Notes under the pieces: generated by a model
The model's database searches: none
Told to the model about the DNA's origin: nothing
The model's input: the letters and a program-made list of their open reading frames with translations, nothing else
Position numbers and translations under genes: made by a program
NCBI RefSeq assembly: GCF_020745735.1
Contig: NW_026867451.1
Coordinates: forward strand, 1 to 64,000
Direction of reading: 5' to 3'
DNA length: 64,000 nucleotides
DNA from: Hemiscyllium ocellatum
Lineage: Eukaryota
In this document: positions 34,582 through 48,127 of the stretch, in pieces
Layout of the letters: every line of letters begins with the position of its first letter
How positions within the stretch are numbered: position 1 is the stretch's first letter

Positions 34582-36074
34582 AAAAGGAAATCATGTCATC
34601 TTGTGTAGACACACAAGTGCCTCAAATAATTTTCAATTCTTCTAGTGGTTGTTTGAATCTCGAGACAGGTGTGGAAGTGTCAGACTTTTTATATCGCCTT
34701 GAGAAACCAGTTGTCATCAGTCTATTTGAATTGCTGAAGTTTGTGTGGTATTAGCACATTCACAGCGCTGTTAGGAAGTGAGTCCCATGGCTGTGATTGA
34801 GGAAGAGGAAACGGGCAGGGAAATAGTTGAGAGTTAAGTTGAAGTCTGATTTGGAGGAAAGCTTCACATGCATGTGTGCCCTTATCCTCAAGGATCACAA
34901 TTTTGGAATATGCTGCCGAAGGGACATGTCAGCATGCAAAATGGAAGCTGAAGAAGGCATCTCGGCCTCTCTAGAAGGCTATTCCATTCATGGGATCATC
35001 ATTAATCTTGCTGCTCATCAATCTTCCCAACACACTGATAACATTGAACCTGATTGTTTACTGTTCAACACAAGAATGGTGAATTCGTTTGGAATTCTCC
35101 ACCACAGAAATTCATAGATTCAAGACTCATAGATTCTTGAAAGCGTTGTCTCAAGTACCTAGTGTGTTGAAGGTGTTTGGCGCACGTACCTTCATTGGTC
35201 AGAGCACTGAGTGCAGGAGTTAGGGCTTCATGTTGTAATTGTCCAAAACATTGGAATGAACTGCCAGAGGAAGTGGTAAATGCAGAGATCGGTCCCACAT
35301 TGAGAAGACATTTGAACAGCTACAGGAACTGGATCGGTCTGGATGGATATGGACCAAAGGCAGGCAAGTGGAATGAGTTTAATTTGGGAACTCTGGTCAG
35401 CATGGATGGGCTGGACCAAAGGAACTGTTTCTGTGCTGTACGACTTTATGTCTCACTGACTTTATGGTGGATAGGCTCAAAGTTGGAAGGTGGTGAGCAA
35501 GTGAGGGGCTAGATTGGGCATGTGGGAGAGTTTGGGCTGGTAGGCTGGTAGGCTGGCTGCTGGGTAAGCTTGCGTGCACTCTGTCTGGCAAGGTGGCATC
35601 AAGGGAAATGGTAATGGTCACAGGATAATTTGGTCGAATTGTGCTTGGTAGGTGAGGGGTAGTTTGAGCTGAAATGCAGGAGGTCTGTCTTTGCCAGGCT
35701 GGTTTATGGAGAGGTGGGCAGGATGCCAGGCTGGTTAGTGTAGAGATGGGCAGAGTGCCAGGATGTTTCAGGGGGTGGAAGGTCACTGTAATGAAGTGAC
35801 AGGTGGACGTGTTGTCAAAATGCAAAGCTCAGAGTCTGGCAAAATGGTAGGTTGTAAAGCACAGATGCCAAAGGAGCTAGGATGCAATGTGCACAGGTTG
35901 TCTTGGGTAAGATGAGAGGTCAGTGATCAAGGGCTGAGGTCATGTCTTGGGTAGTGGGCTTTTGTCAGAGGTTGTGGAAATGATGGTGTCAGGTCCAGTC
36001 AGGGCCAGGTTCACCATGGACCAGGTACAGGGCGGCAGGAGTGTAAATGACTGAAAGGAATTGAGATCATATGT

Positions 36075-36720
36075 CCATCTGGAATATAGAATATAGAACA
36101 TTACTGTGCAGTACAGGCCCTTCAGCCCTCGATGATTCCACAGGTCAGTGTAAAAATCTGAAGCCTATCTATCCTACACTATTCCATTTTCATCCATATG
36201 TTTATCCAATGACCTTTTAAATGCCCTTAAAGTGGCGAGTGTACTATTGTTGCAGGCAGTGCGTTCCATGCCCCTACCACTCTCTGAGTTAAGAAACAAC
36301 CTCTGACATCTGTCATCTATGTCCTCTCCTGCTAGCCATCACTATTCAAGGAAAAAGACTTTCACTGTCCACCCTCTGTTTATCTTTTATGTCTCAATTA
36401 AGTCAACCTTCTTCTCTCAAACAAAAACAGCCTCAAGACCCTCATCCTTTCCTCATTAAACCTTCCCGCCATACCAAACAACATCCTGGTAAACCTCCTC
36501 TGAACTCTTCCAAAGCTTCCACATTCTCTCTATAATGTGGCGACCAGAACAGTACACAATACTCCAAGTGCAGCTACACCAGAGTTTTGTACAGCTGCAA
36601 CCTAACCTCGTGGTTCTGAAACTCAGTCCCTCTATCGATGAAAGCCAGCACAAAGTATGCCTTCTTAACAACTCTATCAAACTGGCTGGCAACTTTTAGG
36701 GATCTGTGTACATGGGCACC
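36075..36720 (-). mobile_element. CR1-clade LINE 3' fragment
   Basis: Antisense RT-end (LYKTLV.LHLEYCVLFWSPHYRENVEALE) and AGAACA-type 3' end. Confidence 0.75.
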
Positions 36721-37199
36721 GAGATCTCTCTGCTCAGCTACACTGTCAATATGGATTGCCTTGGATGTGTTTTGTGTGATAGGGGATTGTGTGTTCCGGG
36801 CATGAATGGGTGTATAGCAGGGTGGGGTTTGTCAATGTGAGTGGAAATTTAGGTCTAGGCAGAGTAAGTGCAGTGGTTAGTCTGAGAGATGAGGTTTGGT
36901 GGTGAACTGCGTATCAGTTTGATAGTTATTAAAGTTAAAGATTACTTGTTCATTTCTCAAATCATATTTACATAAATACTCAGCTGTAACACTCCAAAGT
37001 CTCTGAACCTTAATGGTCCTCCATTTTTCAGAGGCCTCCAGAATTCAGATAATTGTAAATTAGATGTTTCAACTTCCAGCCAATTGGCCTGAGTTCAGCC
37101 GTGACAGCCATCCTCCCCGCCCCAGTGCTCAGCTCCTGCCTGTGCTGCTGCTGCTGCAGTGACCTTCCTCCCAGAGAGAACATTCTGTCTTACATTGAT

Positions 37200-37525
37200 A
37201 AGTGAGGAAGGCTCACTGGACCTGATTTCCAAGTATGGGGACGGCAAACACGAGGGGACACAACTTTAAAGTGAGGGGAGACAGGTATAAGACAGATAGC
37301 AGAGGTAGTTTCTTTACTCATTGAGTAGTAAGGGTATGGAGTGCTTTGCCTGCAATGGTAGTAGATTCGCCAAGTTTAAGTACATTTAAGTTGTCATTGG
37401 ACAGGCCTATGCATGTACATGGAATAGTGTAGGTGGGATGGGCTTCATATTAGTATGTCAGGGCAGCGCAACATCGAGGGCCGAAGGGCCTGCACTGCAC
37501 TGTGATGTTCTATGTTCTATGATTC
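37200..37525 (+). mobile_element. CR1-clade LINE 3' end
   Basis: 3' UTR ending in TGTTCTA repeats. Confidence 0.7.
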
Positions 37526-37588
37526 ACTCTGATTTCTCTCCGGGGGTACTGCCAGCTGTTGGGTATTTCCAGCAGCACGGTACCTAGT

Positions 37589-37901
37589 GGGGCGGCACGC
37601 TGGTTCCATGGTTAGCGCTGCTGCCTCACAGTGCTAGGGACTCTGGCTCCATTCCAGCCTCGGGTAACTGTCTGTGTGGAGTTGGCACTTTCTCCCCATA
37701 TCTGTGTGCATTTCCTCCCACAGTCCAAATCTGTACAAGCTGGGGAAATTGCAAATGTTGTGTTCAGTGATTGGGAGGTTAGATGCATTAGTCAGGGTTA
37801 ACCGTAGCATAATAGGGTAGAGGAATGGGTCTGGATGCGTTTCTTTTCAGAGGGTGGGTGTGGACTTGTTGGGCCAAATGGCCTGTTTGCACACACTGTA
37901 G
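37589..37901 (+). mobile_element. tRNA-derived SINE (HE1/V-SINE-like)
   Basis: Same head, core and tail as 30506-30850. Confidence 0.85.
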
Positions 37902-38251
37902 AATTTCGATGAATCTGCATTTCCTTGGTTTGTATTTTGTGAAACTTCTCTGCTCTTCACAGCAATCCAATGAAAGTGTCAATTGGTGAGATCTTCAAAC
38001 AGTTACTGGGGTGGGATCAGGATGTTCTTCTTCCTAAATGATATGGCAATGGTCAAGGTCGAGGGCATGTTTCTCAAGAGGGAACCAATGATCATGATCA
38101 GCAACTGGTAGGAAACAAAAATAAACTCCAGTTATGCTGTAGACTTCAGCGGGAGCATACTGGCAAACGGTTACAGCTGAGGATACATTTGAGTAACTGA
38201 TAAGGTCAAATTAACAGAAACTAACATGCTCAATTGGTCATTCTATTGTAG

Positions 38252-38560
38252 AGACACCATCTCCCCCCACGCTTTATGGCCTGGTCTCCTCCTGTGAGGA
38301 GCACAACACCGGTTCGACAATCTTTGGTTGTTTGGTGATGGACTATTCCCCAGAAGTCACCAAGGTAACCTGGAAGAAAGGTGGGGTGCTAATCACGAAT
38401 GGTGGATTGAAGACTTACCCATCAGTGAGAAACAAGAAGGGAACCTACACCCTGAGCAGCCAGTTAACCCTGCCCGGGTCAGCGGTAGATTGCCCCAGCA
38501 AAATCTACTGTGAGGTTCAACACAGCGGGTCACACAAGAGCAAAGAAATGCCATGTCCAG
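38252..38560 (+). CDS. IGHM: Cmu1 exon
   Basis: TGTAG acceptor; [45 protein letters not shown]...YTLSSQLTL...IYCEVQH...EMPCP; donor GTACGT at 38561. Ig C1-set Cys/Trp/Cys present, plus an N-terminal Cys typical for light-chain linkage. Confidence 0.95.
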
Positions 38561-38619
38561 GTACGTATTGTGGGAACTGAGATAAACAGAGCATCTGGCA
38601 TTAATATGAATAAGGCATT

Positions 38620-41420
38620 ATTTATAACCATTTTCACAGAATCCCCTTATACAGCACAGGAAAAAGGCCCTTTGATCCATCCAGTTTACGCCTATCAATA
38701 ACAGCCACCTAACTATTCCAGTCTCATGTGCCAGCACATGATCCATTGCCTTGTGTGACTTGCCCTTGCAAGGATGCATCTCAATACTTCATACTTATTA
38801 TGAGGGGCTCAGTCTCTACATGACTTATAGGTGCTGAGCTCCAGGCTAACACCACCCTCTGTTTGATTTTGTTTTCCCCTGAGATCCACTTGGAACCTCC
38901 TGGCCTTACCTTCACCCTGTGCCCCTGAGGCATTGATCTCTCCATCAAGGGGAAAGGTTTCATCCAGTTTACCCAGTCTATGCCTAAAATAATTCTAGAC
39001 ATCATGATAATCTTCTCCCTAATTCTCCTCTGCTTCAAGGAAAACTCCTGTCTATCTCATCTAGTTTCATAACTAAAACCCTCCAACCCAGGCAAGATCC
39101 TGGCAAATCTAATCAATACTGCCTTCAGTGTAATCACATTCCTTCGATAACATGCACACAACGCTTCAGTATGGCCTAACCAGTGTTCTATCAAGTTCCA
39201 GTATCATCTCCCGATTCTTCATTGTCAATGTCTAGGCTAATAAAAGCAAATATCCTCCCACCTTCTTAGTCTCTTTATCCAGACGACACAGTACTATAGG
39301 GGATCGGTGGGTACATGCACCAAAGATCCTCAGGCCTTTCCAGGGTTCCACCATTCAAAATGTCATACCTCACAGATTCTTCTGCCGAATTACATTACCT
39401 TACATTTATCCAGAATAATTTCCATTTGCAACTTCTCTTCACATACAACCAACCCTTTTATATCCTCCTGCAATCTAAAGCCATAATGCTCATGACTTAC
39501 CAACATGACAGTTTTCATTTCATCTGTGAATTCACTGGTTAATCCTCCTAAATTTGAGTCTCAATCATTGGTATGTAAGAGAAATAACGTGGAAATCAAC
39601 CCCAATCCCTACAGAACACCAGGAGACATAGATTCCCAGTCACCCAGACACCCGATGACTATTATCCCCTGCTCCCATCACTCAGCCAGTTCTCGATCCA
39701 ATCTGTCAAATTAACTCGGATCCCATTGGCTCTGATTATTGCTATCATCTGGACATCGAGTTATCTCTCTGAAAACTACTATCAAATTGTTACACATGAC
39801 TTTCTCTCAATAAAACTATGCTGAAAATTGTTGATTTATCTTCCAAATGAAGACTAATTTCACTTTTCAATCGTTTCCCTACCACTGAGACTAGCTTGAC
39901 AGATCTGTGTTTTCATTATTTATCCCTTCCTTTGTCCTGCGTAACAGTGCAACGTTGGCTGATCTACACTCACTTGGCACAACTGCTGTGGCCAGACAGT
40001 AATTCTAAATTATTGTTAGCGACCCAACTATTTCATCCCTTGCATCGCTCAACCGCTTGGTATACTTTTCATCTGCCCTGGAAATATAACCACTTTTCAT
40101 TTAGCAAGACAACACAGAACATCACGTCATGTGTCCTAATTTCTGAAAGTACATCACAACACTCCTCCATGATTTCTGTCCCCACATTGTCCCTCTTACT
40201 AGTGAACACTGACACAACACATTCGTTTTGACCACAACCTAATCCTCCGGCTCCACTCCAATAATAACACTTAATGGGCATTACTGTTTCCCGAATAATT
40301 CTTTATTATGAATGAGCCTGTAACTTTTAAAATATTTTCCTTTATTTTGACTCCTATTATTTTCTCATGGTCCCTTTTGCTCTTCTAATTCCTTTGTCTT
40401 TCAAACTCCCCCTTGCACGTTCTGTACTCCATACTAATTTCTATTGTTTTGAGATTTCAGTATAGACAGGAAGCCTCCCTTGTTTCTCCTTATCTCACCC
40501 TCCATGCCCTTTGGTGTCCAGAGCACGCTACATTCTTGGTCCCATTCAGTGGCTTCCTGGGAAATGTCCTCCCTATGATTTTCCTGTCTCTTTCTTAAAT
40601 GTTTCACACTGCTCTGACTCAGATTTACCAATAAGTGTCAGCTTCCAGTCCACTCTGGTTAAGTCATTACCTGATCTTACTAAAATTGTCCTTCCCCTTT
40701 TCAGAACTTTGGGCCAATGTCTATTCCTTTGCAGTACAATCTGAAATCCAACTGATTTACGATCACTGTCTGCAAAGTGCACCACCATTGATGTTTTACC
40801 CACTGGGTCGACTTCATTCCCAAAAGTTAAATTCAGGTTCACCCCTCTCTTGCAAGGTCTGGATTAAAATTCTCTGTATTAACACATACTTTGTTTAAAT
40901 ATTCTCCTGGGGGCATTTTCAGAATTGTGCTCCCTCTAAACGTTTGACAAAATGAATATCCAAGCCTATGCTGAGGAAGTTAAAAACCTCTTTTCTCATT
41001 CCCCTATTTAATTTACATATCTCTGAAATTTATCCATGTATTTGCACTTGGTCTTTTGGACCTATAGTAAGGCCTATCGTGCTCTCCCAGTAGTTATGTT
41101 TGCTGTATTTTGGTTTTGAAGTACTGTCCATTTGCCTTTGTTCGAGGAGGTATCTATGATTTCATTTCTCTTTACAGCCTAAAATACTCTTGTCAGAATT
41201 GTGACAGAAGCAACATTCCGTGCCGCAAACCCCTGCCCCCATCCTTTTCCATCTTTCCCTGTCTCGCCTGAAGGCACTAAATCCTGGAAAATTGAATAGC
41301 CACTCCTGCCCCGCTCTCAATATGTCTCCGTGATAGCAACAGCATCATTTCCTCATTTATGCCGGTAATTCATCTGCCTTGATCATCAGACTCTGTCATT
41401 AAAACGAATACCATCCAATG
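38620..41420 (-). mobile_element. Degenerate CR1-clade LINE ORF2 filling most of the Cmu1-Cmu2 intron
   Basis: Antisense APE start (about 41410), VVHFADSDRKSVGF...DLTRVDW (ORF 40573-40842), RT and 3' UTR toward 38620. Confidence 0.7.
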
Positions 41421-41664
41421 TTGCTATCTCCCTTCTGATGTTACCGGCCTATCGTTTCTATGCCTCCTTGACTCCCTTGCTGTGTCCTATAATTTTAGCC
41501 TTTCACATTGTCCTGATGATCTTTCTGTGTGGATCCCAGCTTCTCCAGCACTCTGCACAATTATGATTCTTGTATCCATTAATCACAAGAAACCTTGATA
41601 TATGAGAACTGATTGTATTTGTTATGAAATTCATCAGATAATTTATGCGATGTGTTTCCTAAAG

Positions 41665-41976
41665 GTACAGGTCCTCTCCCACCAACTCTTCTCCTAACTG
41701 TGAGCTCCAGTGAAGAAATCGCAAGCAGCAAGTTTGCAACTGTCGTTTGTTCAATCATCGATTTCCATCCGAAGGCAATCAACGTGACTTGGTTGAAAAA
41801 TGGCCGACGCTTGGATTCTGGCTTCTTCACGTCTCCCGTGTGTGAGGCGAACGGGAACTTCTCGGTGACGAGTCGGCTGATGGTCCCTTATGGTGAATGG
41901 TACAACAGCGCAGTCTATACCTGCCAGGTCACTCACGAAGAGAACATTCAAAGTAAAAACATCACCGCACTCCAGG
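41665..41976 (+). CDS. IGHM: Cmu2 exon
   Basis: [47 protein letters not shown]...[16 protein letters not shown]...VYTCQVTH...NITALQ; donor GTAAGA at 41977. The start could instead be the in-frame AG giving 41671. Confidence 0.93.
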
Positions 41977-43956
41977 GTAAGAGACACATACTGAGAGAGC
42001 TACAAATCACTCTGAACTCTGATGTGAATCAAACACACTAATTTATCAGGCGTAGTAAACAGCACGGTACAGCTTCTCATTTCCCAGCATGTCACGTATC
42101 TCATTTCAGTTTGAATGTTACATTAGCATTGCTCATAATTCAACATTTTGGCAAGTCAGAAAAGCATGTTTCCTCTCTGTTGAAGATAGATATATAGACA
42201 GTGAGCTTTGTTAAATAGTTTGTTAAATAGTTTGTTGCCTGACCATGCTGGGAGAAGCATTCAGAGTGATGAATCCTTGCCTGGTAGTGGCTTCAAGGAT
42301 AAGTTTGGGGGTGGAGGGGGGATATTGGAGAGATATCTAATTGAAACATAGAAAATACTGAGAGACTGAGGTCGAGTGAATGTAAATAGATGTTTTGACT
42401 GGTAGGCGAGACTAGGACCCAAGGGCACAGTCTCAGGGTCAAAGGGGCACCGTTTAGAACTGAGATGGGGAGGAATTTCTTCAGCCAGAGGGTGATGAAT
42501 CTGTGGAACTTGTTGCTGCAGAGGGCTGTGGAGACCAGGCCATTGTGTATATTCAAGCCAGAGATGGATCGGTTCTTGTTTAGTGTGGGGAGAAGACCAT
42601 AGAATGGCTTTAGCCCAAATGTCGATTTTCCTGCTCGTCGGATGCTGCCTAACCTGCTGTGCTTTTCCAGCATCATTCTGATCTAAACTCTGGATTGGCC
42701 GAACAGCCTTATTCTGATCCTCTATCTTATGATGTTGTGGTCTCAAAATGACGTGGTTAAAATATGCAGTGACCCTAACTTGAAAATAAATCAAAATGCG
42801 TTCAATGCTTCACTCCCTGATCAGGAATGACCTGTTGGCCTTGGACATTGTACGACATCGATTTTTATCTGGTACTGAGCTCTTTAACTTCATTTATGGG
42901 ATCAGACCACAGACCAAGTGGGTATCACATTTGATGAACTGGGATAAACGTGATCTCACTGAGCCTCTTTAAGATGCTCTCTGTAAGTAGTGGATGAGGC
43001 AGGAGAATAAATTCTGGTAAGAATGCTACAATAGGGATGAATGAACGAGGAACTCGAGACAGGCTGATTTAGCCTGGTTTGGGGTGGCGATGTTTACACA
43101 GTGGGTAGTGGATGTCTATAAAATTAGTGTACATTTCCATCACGTTTGTAGATTAATTTAAGACGCTTTTGTTTGTTTTTTTTTCTCCCCTGCTCTATGA
43201 AGAAATTAAAAAATGCAGCTTGGTAAATAAAGTGAAAGTACAGACCAGTCATGAACTAACTGAATGGAGGGAAAGACTTAAGGAGATGGGTGTCCTTCTC
43301 GATATCCAATGCTGTACTCAGTGCCTTGTTTTCAGATCTACTCCAAACTCAGCCCACGAGGAACAATGACATAAATTAGAGAATGACATCACACCAATAA
43401 CGCAAAGTATTTTTGATCACGTTAAATATAATGAACAGAATTTCCATGGATATTCACTGCTCCTGTAGCACTTTAGAACTCTGCAAAGAGAATAATTATT
43501 ATTTCTTATAATTTGTCCAAAATTTGGGATGTGATTTGGCAGTCAGCGTGACCAGCAGCACTTGCACCTAAGGGTTATGAACATGGAAATGAACTCATTA
43601 TATTCAGATTACTCTTGTCACAAGTATCAATAGATGGTCTTAAGTGAGAGACAAACTCTGAAAGAAAGGTAATTCCATGGGTTACATCATGGTATCTTCG
43701 ATGATTTTACTTTTTTCACAGCTTTCACTTGTTACAAAGCCAGTGTTCTTTCGGAATAATTACACAGGGTATGTCATAGGTAATCACAAATGCTTTCACA
43801 AATCAAAATACATCAACAATAGTAAGCATTGTTTCAGCAATGGTTGGAGTTGCCATTTTGAAGGTGGTGTCTTCACCCTGTGAAGAAGTAATCTGAAGAT
43901 TGGGTGTTTGTATCATAAAGGGGCATTTTTCATTGACTTTGATTTTTGTTTCATAG

Positions 43957-44264
43957 AAGATACCGAGTGCCACCCTAACACCGTTAAAATCCTCCCACCG
44001 CCAGTCGAACAAGTCTTACTGGAGGCGACGGTGACGTTAACCTGCGTTGTGTCCAATTTTCCATCTGGAGTCAGCGTGACCTGGAAGCAAGAAAAGAAGC
44101 TCTGAAAACCGAGATTGCTGACCAGCCTGGACAGAATCCCGACAGCGTGATCAGCAAATTAGACATTTCTACTGAAGCCTGGCTGAGTGGTGTTACTTTT
44201 GAATGTGTGGTGTACCATCAGAATCTACCGACTCCGCTGAGAGACTCCATCCACAAGGAGAAAG
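43957..44264 (+). pseudogene. IGHM: Cmu3 exon with 1-nt deletion at about 44100
   Basis: [48 protein letters not shown], a 2-nt remnant CT, then [54 protein letters not shown]; donor GTGAGC at 44265. The unrepaired frame stops at TGA 44103-44105. Confidence 0.93.
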
Positions 44265-44711
44265 GTGAGCGGTGAGATTAAAACACACAGCATCCCATGT
44301 GGAATCCAGATCCAGTTACATCAATGGCAGGCTTTGATTGGTAATGAACAAACACCGTTGGGAGCATTTATGATGCATCTGAAGGCAGGATAACTAAGTA
44401 GCTGATTAAGAAAAAGATGGACCAAAGGATATTGTATTCTGATTAAGTCAGATAAGGTGGGAAGAAACCTGGGTTGTGATGTCACCATCAGCAATGACAG
44501 TTGGACAGAATGCCCTTGTTGTGGGCTGGAAACATGGAGGCAACTTTCACATTAAACTTTACTTTTTTTACTGAACAGAATGTGTACTCTTTTAGAAAAC
44601 GAAAGTGAATAAATCCCAAATTAAAAATGGCATATTTTAATATTGAGTGAAATTGTGATATTGGTTCAGGATGTTTTTGATTGATTTATATTTGTCTCAA
44701 ATATTCTGCAG

Positions 44712-45103
44712 TGATTAATCCGCTGGAGCCATCAGTGTCGGTCCTCCTGCCACCAACAGAAGAAATCTCCGCTCAGAGGTTTCTCTCCCTCACCTGTTTA
44801 GTGAGAGGTTTCTCCCCCCGAGAGATCTTCGTCAAGTGGACAAACAATGACAAGCCGGTGAATCCCAGTAACTACAAGAACACCGAGGTGATGGCAGAGA
44901 GTGACAACACTTCCTTCTTCATCTACAGCCTGTTATCCATTACAGCGGAGGAGTGGGCCAGCGGTGCTTCTTACTCCTGTGTGGTGGGACATGAAGCGAT
45001 TCCATTGAAGATCATCAACAGAACAGTCGATAAATCCAGCGGTAAACCGAGTTTCGTAAACATTTCACTTGCACTGATGGACACTGTTAATTCATGTCAA
45101 TAA
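44712..45103 (+). CDS. IGHM: Cmu4 exon plus secretory tailpiece
   Basis: [43 protein letters not shown]...[43 protein letters not shown]. Internal donor G|GTAAAC at 45041/45042 for the membrane form; tail has an NIS sequon and penultimate Cys. Confidence 0.96.
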
Positions 45104-45139
45104 AAATCTCAAAGTTGCATTTAATAATTCAACAGAAGT

Positions 45140-45145
45140 AATAAA
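45140..45145 (+). terminator. Probable secretory-mu polyadenylation signal
   Basis: AATAAA 37 nt after the stop codon; a second AATAAA (45099-45104) overlaps the stop. Confidence 0.6.
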
Positions 45146-46269
45146 GTTTCTTTTTCCTCCAGTTGTGAGTTAAATACTGAATGTTTCTCACTCTGACTTA
45201 CATTCCATCTCTGTAGTTAAAGTGGGTTATTAACAGGTCTAGGACAAGTGTCTTGTGCAGTTAATGTTCTCTGCTCAGATACACCCTGGGTCAGAGACAG
45301 AGTAAAGCTCACTCATTGCAGGATTCCGCCAAGTCCCTTGTCCATCTTAAATCCCTCTGTGACAAAATCTGACAATGTCCATTTTATGTCCAGGGTAGAG
45401 CACGAGTTTTGAACTTGGTGTTCTTGATTCCCCTGATTGGACATTCTTATAAAATTCATGTCAGTTTTAAACTGCCACATTGCACCAATTGGAAATGTAA
45501 ATTTAAGACACTTTCAAATTAAATTTGATTGGAACATACCAATCGTAAAGAGTGCAGAACAGTTTGAATGTAACCGTTGTTTCTGGGGAACTGCCAGGGA
45601 TCTTGCGCCAGCGCATGAGTTGACAGAATGTATCTTCACTTTCACACCAAAGAGAATCGACAGATAAGTTGTCGTGGAGCAGAGGGGAGGGGAACGATGA
45701 ATGGTCTGTCCTCTTGCTCCCTGTGCAGAGTTTTCATGGTAGATGTCCTCTGTAATGTAACCCAGTTACTAACAGGAACAGTCAGCTTCTTGCTTACTGT
45801 CCAAAGATTGAACATTTCCATGCAAAATAATACCTTTGAAACATGTTGGACACGCTTGGCTCTGTTAACAAATGATTAACATTGATTCCCCTAATCCAAA
45901 ACTGGTGTTTGCATTGTCCCGGTTTGAATTCTATAGTTTTGTCTCAGTTTTCTGGAGCACATGGGATCAATTCTGGTATTCGAATACCTGATATCATTTT
46001 GTTTCACATACAGAACACAAGTAGACATTTTCTAATAAACATATTCAGAAATGTTATCTCTGGGGCAGTGGGGATTTGAACTCACGCCTTTTCTCTCAGA
46101 GACAGAAATTCTATCACTGCAACAGAAGAGTTGCTCATAAAACGCTTATCTCTTCACGACGATGGGAAATGTTTCCTACAACACCAAGGTCAAATCTAAT
46201 TATAGGCAATTCATTAAAATTAGAACAATAAATTAGAATAATAAAAATTGCAGTCTGGTATAAGAACAG

Positions 46270-46630
46270 ATACAGAGAGATGATCGCAAATACACACGGA
46301 ATGACACATATATGGGCTCTCACCTAAAGACACATATTGATGTGCACACTCAAATGTGCATACAGATAAGATGTCACACACGCATACTCGCACAGAGCCA
46401 CACATGCAAGTGGTACTTGAACACTCACCTAAGCTCATACAAAAACTCACATACACCGAAAGAAAATTATTTGCACAAATGATCAGGGTACTCACACATA
46501 ACCATATAGACACACGGTAACACACAAATGGGCATGAATACATATACATTCATACAGCACAATGCGTACAGACATACACGCATGAACACACAGATACAAA
46601 TTCCAAAAAATGTCCTCCCACATGTCAACT
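46270..46630. repeat. Degenerate (CA)n low-complexity tract
   Basis: Imperfect ACAC/ATAC repeats between the secretory and TM exons. Confidence 0.8.
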
Positions 46631-47860
46631 CATACAGGCACGTAAGTGCACAGAGATAAACATTAATATCATTATTTTCCCATTTTCAGAATCACAAACA
46701 TACGATGACAGAGGCAGCTTAATTAGTTATTTTTAAACCACATTGATCAGCATGTATACAATGTCACACGTACACACAAATTCGAGTCTCACATGCAGAC
46801 ACACAAGTGCATAGATCAATAAATAGAGGGGCGTTTATTAAATAAGGATAATGAGCACAAGCATCAGCAAGCATCCACACACAGTAACACAAACAAGCTT
46901 CTCAGGAGATGGTTTGGGAAAGATTGCCACACAAGCAGACATCATCATATAAATATAAACATCCATCAAAACATGACGTTGCATGCTAACATTTATTAAG
47001 AATAAACATGAAAATAACCTAGTTTAGGTAGGACCTGAAACAGACACATAAGCACACATTTTAGATAGCACTAATGAAAAGTGAACACTCACAAAGACAT
47101 TACAAGATAAGCATAGGCAGCAATGAAGTGGCATATTCGCATAATGATGCTTACACAATGTGAAAAGACCAAAATTTCGGTGCACAAACACATGAGAACA
47201 CTAGCAGTAAAGGAACAGGAATATGTTTATTCATGCACAGACTCCAACATGGGCAAGAGTGAAGTAAGAGGCACTCATAACCACATACACAACCATTAAA
47301 GGGAAACCAAACACACCAAGCAGTAGGTCAAATAAATTAAGGGACACATGTACAAAAACTTATTCCTAAATATACAGATCCTACAAACAAAAATGTGAAG
47401 CAATGTCCTGACTGTGATGTCACTTATATTCACGATTTGCCAAGCAATTGGTCACCAATACATAAAGGTGAGAATCACATTTGAACTTTTATTCAGTGAT
47501 GGCCACAATTTTCAACTAAAGTGCTGTCACAGCCTATATTTAAAATATAATGATATAATTAAAATAATCATTCGTAATAAGCATTCCTCAAATAATAATA
47601 TCCTTAAATAATAGATTAAAAGAAAAATAATTTAAAACATTCTGACATGGACAATGAAGAAAGAACATGTGCAGTCAGTATTTGTAATTTCTTGCTGAGA
47701 GTCAATAATGCACTGATGGATACAGATAAGAGTCACACTTGAGAAATACCTGACTGCTTTATGAAGATGTAATGGTCTCTAATTACATGACTTGGATACA
47801 CATAGATCGATCTGGATCAATAAACGATCTAAATGCGTTCTCTCGGCTTTATATTCATAG

Positions 47861-47988
47861 ATTCAATAGATCGCACTTGGATTGAAGACTATGAGGATGA
47901 TAACAGCAACATCTGGACAACTGCTTCCACGTTCATCACCTTGTTCTTCCTGAGTATTTTCTACAGCGCTGCCGTCACTCTGGTGAAG
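47861..47988 (+). CDS. IGHM: Membrane exon TM1
   Basis: DSIDRTWIEDYEDDNSNIWTTASTFITLFFLSIFYSAAVTLVK with the conserved antigen-receptor TM motif; acceptor TTCATAG, donor GTGAGA at 47989. Confidence 0.96.
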
Positions 47989-48127
47989 GTGAGAATAATC
48001 ACATCTTTCTCATGCCAAACAGCCCAATATGTTTTGTGAAATCTCTAAGTGTGCCATTGAATAAACATTAAATCTGAAAGTCCCTGATCATAAATATCTG
48101 TGTCATTGCTTTATCTCTCTTTTCCAG

